A stretch of DNA of 21,903 bases, taken from the NCBI GenBank assembly GCA_040905425.1, contig JBBDRO010000082.1, positions 1-21,903 on the forward strand, written 5' to 3'. Both the position numbers and the translations under genes were made by a program. Positions 7,533 through 15,609 of the stretch are shown here, piece after piece. The notes beneath the pieces were generated by a model. That model saw only the letters and a program-made list of their open reading frames with translations. It was not told the DNA's origin and made no database searches. The DNA comes from Gemmatimonadota bacterium (GTDB lineage Bacteria; Gemmatimonadota; Gemmatimonadetes; Longimicrobiales; RSA9). Numbering within the stretch: the stretch's first letter is position 1; each line of letters starts with the position of its first letter.

Positions 7533-8612
7533 ATGAGCAGCTACGGCTCCGTCACGATCCGGACGCGGGACACGTCGGCGCTCGATCCCAACAGCCCGGC
7601 GTGTGATGCCCACGCCAGCTTTCAGGCGCTGGCCACCACCGGTCGCCCGATCCTGATCGAGATCGGCCAGGCGCCGTTTCGGGGCAAGCGGAAGGCACGC
7701 TACCACCGAGAGGACTCGCCCGGAATGAACCGCGCCGAGAACCATTTCCAGGGCATGGCGCGCCACGGTGACACCCTCTACCTCACCGGCGCCGACTGGG
7801 ACGAGCCCGCCGCGCACCTTTTCGTCTGCGCGCTGGACACGGACGCGGGGGGCGCCCCCACCGGCGCGCGCCTGGAGAGCGTGCTCGCCCTGGACACCGA
7901 GCTGCCGCACGCCGGCGGTGTGCAGCGCCTGGGGGATGTGCTGGTCGTGGCGCTTGAGGGGCCGGCCCGGGATTCCCGCGTGCGCTTCCTGCACCTGGAA
8001 GACCCCGCGCGGCCCACCTTCGTGGGCGGACACAGCGAGATCGTGCGTACGGGACAGACCAAGGCCAGCGCGGGCGCCGTGGCCCGTATGGCCGACGGTC
8101 GGCTGCTGGTGGGCGTGGCCTGGCGCAACGCGCTCGACCTCTACCTCACGCGGGATGCGGATCTCCGCAACGGCTACGTGCCGGCCGGCGGTGCGCCCGC
8201 GCCCCGCACGCTGGATCTGGGACCCACGCACGGCAAGCCTGCCTACCAGGCCATTGCCTTCCTGCCTCCCGAAGAGTGGGCGCGGGCGGATGGCGGCGCC
8301 CGCGAGGTGCGGCTGCCCGTCGTGGGCTTCCGCAACACCAGCCAGGCGCTGTCCAACTGGTGGCGGGGGGAGGATCACGCGGACCTCTTCGAGTTGATCA
8401 TTCCCGGCCAGGCGCTCGATGCCTGGCCCGGTGGCCCCGAGATCCTGATCCGCCCGATCACCTCCAGCGCCTTCGACTTCGGCCGCTTCGACGGCAACTT
8501 CTCCGCCGCGGCGGGTCTCGACGTGGAGGCGGGCGGCGCCCTGGCCATCTACGCGGCGCATCACTGGCGCACCGGTGAGGGGATCAGGTTCAGCGTCTGT
8601 GGGGGCGGGTGA
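7533..8612 (+). CDS. Hypothetical protein, probable beta-propeller, about 359 aa
   Basis: ATG 2 nt after the upstream stop. Recurrent blade-like motifs NHFQGMARHGDTLYLTG, PHAGGVQRLGDVLVVALE, KASAGAVARMADGRLLVGV, PAYQAIAF, NFSAAAGLDV. Confidence 0.7.
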   Translation: MSSYGSVTIRTRDTSALDPNSPACDAHASFQALATTGRPILIEIGQAPFRGKRKARYHREDSPGMNRAENHFQGMARHGDTLYLTGADWDEPAAHLFVCALDTDAGGAPTGARLESVLALDTELPHAGGVQRLGDVLVVALEGPARDSRVRFLHLEDPARPTFVGGHSEIVRTGQTKASAGAVARMADGRLLVGVAWRNALDLYLTRDADLRNGYVPAGGAPAPRTLDLGPTHGKPAYQAIAFLPPEEWARADGGAREVRLPVVGFRNTSQALSNWWRGEDHADLFELIIPGQALDAWPGGPEILIRPITSSAFDFGRFDGNFSAAAGLDVEAGGALAIYAAHHWRTGEGIRFSVCGGG

Positions 8613-8652
8613 GAGGCGGTTCTTCCCTTGAGTGCGAGAAAAGGAGTACGCG

Positions 8653-10308
8653 ATGCTTGATCCGATTTCAGCCCTGAGTGGCGTCGGCACGCTGACGGAC
8701 ATTCTCACACGTGGTGGTCCTCCAGCGGTGCTCGCGGTGTTCGTGGTCTACCTGATCCGTGTCTCGGCCAGGAACATCGACAAGGCCAGCAACGATGAGG
8801 ACAGGCAGCACTACCGAGCGGTCCACCGGTCGATCGTCCGCATGACCTACGTGGTGACGGTGGTGGTCCTGGCGTTCTTCTTCATGGGCTTCTTCTTTCC
8901 CACCCGGCAGCCTGTATCTGGTGTGGTGACCGGGCTGACGCAGCGCGAAACCGAGCCGGTGAGCGCGTCGGATCCAGCTCTCCTCCTGCAGAGTATCCAA
9001 CCGCGCAATCCCAACCTTCATTTCTACCGACTGGCCACCTACGAGGAGGACAGTGATCGTGTCAACCTGAGCTGGATCATCCGGCCGACCGAGGTCGCCA
9101 CGATGATCGAGCTGACCTTCGTGCACCATTATCTACTCCTCGAGGATGCGCCGGGCCCGGCCACGCCGAGCCGGCGGTCCCAGCCACGGCCCGTTTCCGA
9201 GCGCATCAAACGCGATTTTGTCGTGGACCTGAGGAAGATCGGGTATGCCTGGCCGCAGGACATCGAACTGCAGTATATCCCGAACACCGTCGACTCCGTC
9301 CGGGCGGTCGGCTCCCTGCACGTGAGGATCGGAGCGGGCGAATGGGAGCCACTCGAGTGGTCCACCCTGGCGCCACCCGCGGTGGCCACGCGTCGCGACG
9401 GGCGGCAGCCGACCGCCCTGCTAGCTCGCCTCTCGCGCCTGTTGGTAGGCGCCGTGAAAGCGCAGCAACTGCGGCTGTCCTCCGCGCGCCTGGACGCCGA
9501 TCGCCTGCGCCGGGATCTGGCTTCGGGTGATCTTCAACGCGAGGCACGGGCGCTCCAGATGCTGCTCGAGAACGTGGCGGCGCCCGATGACCTCGTGATG
9601 CTCGTGGAGCCGTCGAGATTGCAGAGCTTGAACGCCGTGGAGCGGGGGAATCTGATACGCAATACCTGGCATGCCATGCAGGATCTCCGCGGCGATGCCG
9701 ACGCGCCGGCGGTTTCGGATTCGGTCCTCTCCCGGATGGGTAGCACACTGTATCGTCTCGGGGATTATCCGCTCGCTGCCGAAGCGTTCAAAGGTATCCG
9801 GGATCCGGCACAGCTTTCCGATAGCACGCGGTTTTATCGCGCGTACGTGTTCCATGTATCAGGGCTGGCGGAAGATGCGTTGCGGGCGTACGCGGCCGTG
9901 CTGGATTCCGAGACGGACCCGTTCGTCCGTTCGGCGGCCTACGACAATCTGGCCGGACTCAGGTACCAGCGGGGCGAGCTTCCCGAAGCGGAATCGGCCT
10001 GGCGCAGGTCACTGGAGCTGGATGCCCATAACGATGAGGCGCTCAATAATCTGGCCTGGATCCTCCAGGAGGACCCGGATCGCCTGCAGGAGGCGCTCCG
10101 TCTGGTCACGAGGGCGCTGGAGTTGAAGCCCGGCACACCCGAATACCTGGACACGCGTGGTTGCCTTCTCCTGCGTCTCGAGCGTACTGAGGACGCTGTA
10201 CGCGCCTTCGCCGCCGCGGCCGATATCGCACCGGGTGAGCGCACGATTGCGGCGCATCTCGAGAACGCCCGTGCAGCTGGAGGAGGACGCTATCGCTGCC
10301 CCATGTGA
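8653..10308 (+). CDS. Membrane-anchored tetratricopeptide repeat protein, about 551 aa
   Basis: AAGGAG SD before ATG 8653. Two N-terminal TM helices. C-terminal TPRs (AYDNLAGLRYQRGELPEAESAWRRSLELDA; ALNNLAWIL...ALELKP; YLDTRGCLLLRL...AVRAF). Confidence 0.85.
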   Translation: MLDPISALSGVGTLTDILTRGGPPAVLAVFVVYLIRVSARNIDKASNDEDRQHYRAVHRSIVRMTYVVTVVVLAFFFMGFFFPTRQPVSGVVTGLTQRETEPVSASDPALLLQSIQPRNPNLHFYRLATYEEDSDRVNLSWIIRPTEVATMIELTFVHHYLLLEDAPGPATPSRRSQPRPVSERIKRDFVVDLRKIGYAWPQDIELQYIPNTVDSVRAVGSLHVRIGAGEWEPLEWSTLAPPAVATRRDGRQPTALLARLSRLLVGAVKAQQLRLSSARLDADRLRRDLASGDLQREARALQMLLENVAAPDDLVMLVEPSRLQSLNAVERGNLIRNTWHAMQDLRGDADAPAVSDSVLSRMGSTLYRLGDYPLAAEAFKGIRDPAQLSDSTRFYRAYVFHVSGLAEDALRAYAAVLDSETDPFVRSAAYDNLAGLRYQRGELPEAESAWRRSLELDAHNDEALNNLAWILQEDPDRLQEALRLVTRALELKPGTPEYLDTRGCLLLRLERTEDAVRAFAAAADIAPGERTIAAHLENARAAGGGRYRCPM

Positions 10309-10371
10309 ACACAGCTGTAGGAGGGCCACGAGCCGTGGCGCCCGCGCAGGTGGCCCGGATAACTTGCCTTC

Positions 10372-10818
10372 ATGAAGCCCTGCGTGGTGTGCGGCAACGA
10401 CATCCCGGCCAGCATGACGGTCTGCCACTTCTGCGAGGCGCCGCAGCCCGGCGGCGCGGCCCCGCGCGGACGCGGCGGGCCGATCGTGACGGTGAACCTC
10501 GAAAAGGGGCAGCCCACGGTGGAGCGGGCCGTTAGCACGCTGGACATGCGCGTGGCCGAAGCGCGCGTGCGGGGGACGCGGGTGCTACGGGTGGTACACG
10601 GCTGGGGCTCGTCCGGCACCGGCGGTGCCATCAAGCAGGCGGTCGGCGGGCACCTGCGGGAGCTCCAGCGGCAGGGTGTGGTGCGCGCACGGATCCCCGG
10701 CGAGGAATACCCCGATCAGTCCACCGCCGGCCGCAATCTGCTGTCCCGCTACCCCGAGCTGAAGCGGACGCTGAAGGCGGATCGTTCGAATCCGGGGATT
10801 ACGTTCGTGGAGATGTAG
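10372..10818 (+). CDS. Smr/MutS2 C-terminal domain protein with N-terminal zinc ribbon, 148 aa
   Basis: CVVC-x10-CHFC followed by VNLEKGQPTVERA...LRVVHGWGSSGTGG...NPGITFV. Confidence 0.85.
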   Translation: MKPCVVCGNDIPASMTVCHFCEAPQPGGAAPRGRGGPIVTVNLEKGQPTVERAVSTLDMRVAEARVRGTRVLRVVHGWGSSGTGGAIKQAVGGHLRELQRQGVVRARIPGEEYPDQSTAGRNLLSRYPELKRTLKADRSNPGITFVEM

Positions 10819-10835
10819 GCGCCTGACCCATGCCC

Positions 10836-10851
10836 TGGCGCCGCCCGTGCA
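10836..10851 (+). promoter_or_regulatory. Sigma54-like -24/-12 element upstream of the ChaN-like gene
   Basis: TGGCGCCGCCCGTGCA has GG-N10-GC spacing; 14/16 identical to the element upstream of PBP1A. Confidence 0.3.
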
Positions 10852-10864
10852 GTATCATTCCCCC

Positions 10865-11995
10865 ATGAGAAACCAGCTGCAGCTCCGACTCTTCCTGCCC
10901 CTTGCGCTGGTCGTGGCCGCCGGCGTCCCGGCCGCGGCGGCCGCGCAGGACCACCCGCCCGTCCTCCCGGACACCGCCTACACGCCCGGCGCGTACCGCG
11001 TCTTCACGGGCGCGGGTGAACCCGCGCGCCTGGAGGACGTGGTGCGAGCCATGGGCGGCCACGAGGTGGTCTTTATCGGTGAGACCCACGACGATCCCAC
11101 CGGGCACATGCTGGAGCGTGAGCTGCTGGCCCGGGCGTACGCCGCCTACGGCGCGCCGGACGGCCAGCCGAAGCCGGGTGCCGGGGGAGAGACCCGGGGA
11201 GCGGAGGCCGCGAGTGTGGACGCGGCCGGCGGCGCGGACGCGGGCCGGTCCCGCGCGCTGGCGCTGTCGCTTGAAGCCTTTGAACGGGACGTGCAACTCG
11301 TGCTGGACGAGTATCTGGCAGGCCTCATCACCGAGACCGCCTTCCTGGCGGACAGCCGTCCCTGGCCGCGCTACCTGACCGACTACCGCCCGCTCGTGGA
11401 GTCCGCGAAGGAGCACGGGCTGGACGTGATCGCGGCCAACGCGCCGCGGCGCTACGTGAGCCGCGTCACGCAGCAGGGGCGGGCGGCGCTGCACGAACTC
11501 CCCCCCGCGGCGTTGGAGCTGCTGCCGCCGCTGCCGTACGGACAGCCCTCGCCGGCCTACCGCGATCAGTGGATCGCCGTCATCTCCGCGGTGATGGCGG
11601 GGGAGACCATGAAGTGCGGGGTGCCGGTGGAGCAGCCGCCGGCCCACGCGGGCGCGCATGCCAACATGGGCAACCAACTGCACAGCCAGGTGCTCTGGGA
11701 CGCCAGCATGGCGTACTGGATCGCGCGCCATCTGGACGCCCCGGAGGACGCCCGGACGGGTGCTCGGCCGGACGCCCTGGTGCTCCACGTCGTGGGTGGC
11801 TTCCACGTGGCGCGCGGCACCGGCACGCCGGAGCAGCTCGAAGCCTATCGACCGGGCACACGGGCCATGGTCGTGATGCTGCGGCCGGTGGCCGACGTGG
11901 GCGCGTTCGAGGCCGCACCCGCTGGGCAGTGGGGCGACTTCGTCATCCAGACGGACGAGGCGCGCACGCTCGAAGCCATCGAGTGCCGGAGCTAG
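10865..11995 (+). CDS. ChaN/PhuW (EreA-ChaN-like, heme/cofactor-binding) family exported protein, about 376 aa
   Basis: Signal peptide ending AAAAA-QD. VVFIGETHDD, LSLEAFERDVQ..LDEYLAG, YRPLVE.AK...VIAANAPR, QVLWDASMA, VGGFHV..G.G.P. Confidence 0.9.
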   Translation: MRNQLQLRLFLPLALVVAAGVPAAAAAQDHPPVLPDTAYTPGAYRVFTGAGEPARLEDVVRAMGGHEVVFIGETHDDPTGHMLERELLARAYAAYGAPDGQPKPGAGGETRGAEAASVDAAGGADAGRSRALALSLEAFERDVQLVLDEYLAGLITETAFLADSRPWPRYLTDYRPLVESAKEHGLDVIAANAPRRYVSRVTQQGRAALHELPPAALELLPPLPYGQPSPAYRDQWIAVISAVMAGETMKCGVPVEQPPAHAGAHANMGNQLHSQVLWDASMAYWIARHLDAPEDARTGARPDALVLHVVGGFHVARGTGTPEQLEAYRPGTRAMVVMLRPVADVGAFEAAPAGQWGDFVIQTDEARTLEAIECRS

Positions 11996-12029
11996 CCGAC
12001 CGCCGTTCCGACCGCAACCAGGAGATCCT

Positions 12030-12491
12030 ATGAGCATGGACATCGTACTGGCCACGCGGTTCGGCCCCTCCTCGGCCGAGCCTGCGGCGGTGGCCGCGGA
12101 GTTGGCGCACCGCTACGACGGACGCCTCACGGTGGTCTACGTGGCCGTGGAGCTGGAGGCGCTGAACGCCATCGGCGGCGAGTCGGGCGTGGATCCGCAC
12201 GACGAGCGGGAGCGCATGCTGGCGGGCATCCACGAGGAACTGCGGCAATTCGTGGCCGACAACCTGAGTGCCGAGGACGTGACCACGCGCGTGGTGGAGG
12301 GTGGCCACGTGGCCGACGCCGTGACCGACATTGCCCGCGAGATCGGCGCCGACTTCCTGGTGGTGGGTACCCGGGGCCGCGGCAAGCTGGCGCGCCTCAT
12401 CCTGGGGGACACCACCCAGAGCATCCTGCACAACACGCCGTGCCCCGTGGTGGTCGTGCCGCTGCACGAGCCGGACGGGGAGGGCGCCTGA
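12030..12491 (+). CDS. Universal stress protein (Usp family), 153 aa
   Basis: IVLAT.F, LTVVYV, ADFLVVGTRGRGKLARLILGDTTQSILHNTPCPVVVVP; AGGAG SD. Confidence 0.95.
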   Translation: MSMDIVLATRFGPSSAEPAAVAAELAHRYDGRLTVVYVAVELEALNAIGGESGVDPHDERERMLAGIHEELRQFVADNLSAEDVTTRVVEGGHVADAVTDIAREIGADFLVVGTRGRGKLARLILGDTTQSILHNTPCPVVVVPLHEPDGEGA

Positions 12492-14293
12492 CCGCCGCCG
12501 CGGCACCCGCCTTCACACCCGAGGTGGCGCGGGCGTTGGCGCTCACCCTGCTGGCGCTCGTGCTCTTCGCGTGGAACCGCTTTCGCGTGGACGTGGCGGC
12601 GCTGGTGGTCATGCTGGCGCTCATCCTCTCGGGAGCCGTCTCGCCACGCGACGGCATCAGCGGCTTCGCGCACGAAGCCACCATCACCGTGGCGCTCATG
12701 CTGGTGCTCGCGGCGGGCCTGCTCCGCACGGGCGCCATCGACGTGCTGGCCGGCTGGACCGCCAGGCTGTCCAACGGCAGTGAAACGCGCCTGCTGATGG
12801 TGACGGTGCTGCTTATCCTGCCGCTCAGCGCCGTGGTCAACAACACGGCGGCCGTAGCGGTCCTGATGCCCATGGTGCTGGGGTTGGCCCGCACGGCGGA
12901 CGCCACCCCCTCGCGCCTGCTCATGCCGCTCTCCTTCGCGGGCCAGCTGGGCGGCACGCTGACGCTCATCGGCACGAGCACCAACCTGCTCGTGGCGGGT
13001 CTGGCGCTGGACCTGGGGGTGGGGCGGATCCGCCTCTTCGACATAACCTTGCCCGCCGCTATCGTGTGCGTGGTGGGGGTGGTCTATCTGCTCACCATCG
13101 GTCGCTGGCTGCTGCCGCACCGCGAGGTGGAGGCGGATCTGCTGCGCAGCTACGAGTTGCACGACTACCTCACGCTGCTGCGCGTGCGCAGTGATTCGGA
13201 GCTGGTGGGCCGCAGCCTCAGTGAGGCCCGCTTCGGCCAGTCGTTCGGCCTGCAGGTGGTGCGCATCCGGCGGGAGTCGGGTGTGGTGGCCATGCCGCGC
13301 GGCACCACCATCGTCCGCGCCAGCGATCTGCTCGTGGTGGAGGGCAAGATCGCCGACATCGCCCGTATGCGGGATCAGCAGGACATGGAACTGGTGGAGA
13401 CGGAGCTGCCCTTCTCGGAGGCGGCGGAGGCGGAGGACGTGCGGCTGGCGGAGGTGCTCGTGCCGCAACGCGCGCACGAGGTGCGCCATACGGTGCGTGA
13501 CCTGGCGCTGCGCGCGCGCTTCGGCGTCAGCGCCATGGCCGTGCGGCGCCATGGCCAGGCCCTGCGGGAGCCCATCGGCGAGCTGGTCCTGGAGCCGGGT
13601 GACATGCTGCTGGTACAGGGCACCGCGGACGCCCTAAGGCGCCTGCACGAGGAGAGTGACCTGGTGCTGCTGGGTGCGGTGGACCTGCCCATTGTGCGGC
13701 GCACCAAGATGAAGCTCGTGGTGCCGATCGTGCTGGCGGTGGTGCTGCTGCCAGCGTTCGGCGTCACCACCATCCTGGTCTCGGCGTTGATGGGTGTGGT
13801 GGCCATGTTCCTGACCGGCTCCCTCACGCCCGACGAGGCGTATCAGGAGATCGACTGGATGGTGATCGTCATGCTCGGCGCCATCCTGCCGCTCGGCCTG
13901 GCCATGCACTCATCCGGCGCGGCGGCGTACGTGGCGCACCACCTGCTCGCGCTGGCGGCGCCCCTGGGGCTGCATGGCGTCCTGGCAGTGTTCCTGCTCA
14001 TCACCACGGGCTTCACGGCCATCATCTCGAATGCCGCCGCCGCGGTGGTGCTGGCGCCGGTGGCGGTGGCGGTGGCGGGGACGCTGGGCGTCTCGGCGCT
14101 GCCCTTCGTGATGGCCGTCATGATCGGCGCCTCGAACAGCTTCCTGTCACCCGTGGGCTATCAGACCAACGCCATGATCTACGGCCCGGGCGGCTACCGG
14201 TTCCTGGATTTCCTGCGCGTGGGCGGGCCGCTCACGGTGCTCGTGGTGGCGGCCGCCACATTCGCCATACCGCTCTTCTTTCCCTTCCGCTGA
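12488..14293 (+). CDS. SLC13/CitMHS-family permease with two TrkA-C domains, about 600 aa
   Basis: LSAVVNNTAAVAVLMP, PSRLLMPLSFAGQLGGTLTLIGTSTNL, central TrkA-C pair, IISNAAAAVVLAP, SFLSPVGYQTNAMIYGPGGYRFLDF. Start uncertain (CTG 12488 overlapping the Usp stop, or GTG 12524). Confidence 0.92.
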   Translation: MTAAAAPAFTPEVARALALTLLALVLFAWNRFRVDVAALVVMLALILSGAVSPRDGISGFAHEATITVALMLVLAAGLLRTGAIDVLAGWTARLSNGSETRLLMVTVLLILPLSAVVNNTAAVAVLMPMVLGLARTADATPSRLLMPLSFAGQLGGTLTLIGTSTNLLVAGLALDLGVGRIRLFDITLPAAIVCVVGVVYLLTIGRWLLPHREVEADLLRSYELHDYLTLLRVRSDSELVGRSLSEARFGQSFGLQVVRIRRESGVVAMPRGTTIVRASDLLVVEGKIADIARMRDQQDMELVETELPFSEAAEAEDVRLAEVLVPQRAHEVRHTVRDLALRARFGVSAMAVRRHGQALREPIGELVLEPGDMLLVQGTADALRRLHEESDLVLLGAVDLPIVRRTKMKLVVPIVLAVVLLPAFGVTTILVSALMGVVAMFLTGSLTPDEAYQEIDWMVIVMLGAILPLGLAMHSSGAAAYVAHHLLALAAPLGLHGVLAVFLLITTGFTAIISNAAAAVVLAPVAVAVAGTLGVSALPFVMAVMIGASNSFLSPVGYQTNAMIYGPGGYRFLDFLRVGGPLTVLVVAAATFAIPLFFPFR

Positions 14294-14313
14294 GACCCCT
14301 TCAAGCCGCGTCC

Positions 14314-15609
14314 CTACTCCGGGTTCGGCGCTTCGATCACCCGCGCCTCCTCCACGCCGCGTCCGCGGACAGCCGAGACCTCGAGCACCACACCCTCGTG
14401 CTCCACGCGGTCTCCGACCGCGGGCGCCCGCCCCAGCTTGGCCATGACGAGGCCGCTCACCGTGTCCACTTCATCGTGCTCGAGGATGAGGCCCAGAGCC
14501 TCGCCCAGTTCGTCCACCCGGACGGTTCCGGCCACGGCGGTGCGCCCATCCTCCGTCTTCCGGATGGCGGGCCGTTCGCCGGGGTCGGCCAGGTCACCCA
14601 CCACCTCTTCGAAGATGTCCTCGAGGGTAAGGATGCCCGCCGTGCCGCCGTGTTCGTCCATGACCACCGCCAGGTGGGAGCGCGAGCGGCGGAGCGCCGC
14701 CAACACCCGCTCGAGCGGCTCGGTGGCCGGCACGAACGGGACCTCCCGTACCAGGCTGCGCTCCAGCGTACGGCCGCCCCGGAGGCCGGTCACCAGATCC
14801 TTCACATGCACCGCGCCGACCACGTTGTCGAGTGAGCCCTCGTAGACGGGAAAGCGCGTGTGTCGTTCGGTGCCGAGCACCTCGGCCGTCTGGGCCCGGG
14901 TGGCGCCGAGTGGGAGTGCCAGGACGCGCGTGCGCGGCACCATGATCTCGCCCGCCGTGAGCTCGGCGAACTCCAGAAGTTCCTGGAGGATGCGCGCCGG
15001 TTCGCGCGCCAGCATCCCGCCCGCGCGGCTCTCTGCCACGATGAAGCTCAGCTCGTTCGCCGTGCGGTAGCTCTCCGCGCCCGTGGCGGAGCGCTCCACG
15101 CCGGCCAGCTTCAGGATGCCGTTGCCGATGCCGTTCAGCGCCAGCACCAGCGGGTAGAGGCCCAGCTCGATGCCTCGCATGGGCAGCGCCACGGCCATGG
15201 CCACGCGGGCAGGGGACTGCAGCGCCAGTGACTTGGGTACCATCTCCCCGAGGACCACGTGGAGGTACGTGAGGAACGTGACGGCCACCACACTGGCCAG
15301 CGCGTGGGCGCCGATCCAGCGCAGTATGCCGAAGGCTTCGAACTGGTGTGCCAGCCACTCGGCCAGCAGGTGCTCACCGTACATGCCCAGCGCGAGGCTG
15401 GCGGAGGTGATGCCGAGCTGGGCCGTGGCAATGTAGCGGTCCTGCTCACGGGCGTCGGCCAGCACGCGCTGAACCATACGCGCCATGCGGTTGCCTTTCC
15501 TGGCCGCGCGTTCCACCTCCAGCCGGGAGGAGCCGATGATGGCAAACTCCGCGGCCACGAAGACGCCGTTCAGGGCAATGAGCAGGGTGATGATGAGGGC
15601 GGGGATCAT
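14314..15609 (-). CDS. Hemolysin-family CNNM/CorC protein (DUF21 + CBS pair + CorC_HlyC), 431 aa
   Basis: NGVFVAAEFA, QLGITSASLALG, HVVLGEMVPKSLAL, IMVPR, HTRFPVY, VMDEHGGTAGILTLEDIFEEVVG, DTVSGLV. Confidence 0.95.
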   Translation of the reverse strand: MIPALIITLLIALNGVFVAAEFAIIGSSRLEVERAARKGNRMARMVQRVLADAREQDRYIATAQLGITSASLALGMYGEHLLAEWLAHQFEAFGILRWIGAHALASVVAVTFLTYLHVVLGEMVPKSLALQSPARVAMAVALPMRGIELGLYPLVLALNGIGNGILKLAGVERSATGAESYRTANELSFIVAESRAGGMLAREPARILQELLEFAELTAGEIMVPRTRVLALPLGATRAQTAEVLGTERHTRFPVYEGSLDNVVGAVHVKDLVTGLRGGRTLERSLVREVPFVPATEPLERVLAALRRSRSHLAVVMDEHGGTAGILTLEDIFEEVVGDLADPGERPAIRKTEDGRTAVAGTVRVDELGEALGLILEHDEVDTVSGLVMAKLGRAPAVGDRVEHEGVVLEVSAVRGRGVEEARVIEAPNPE

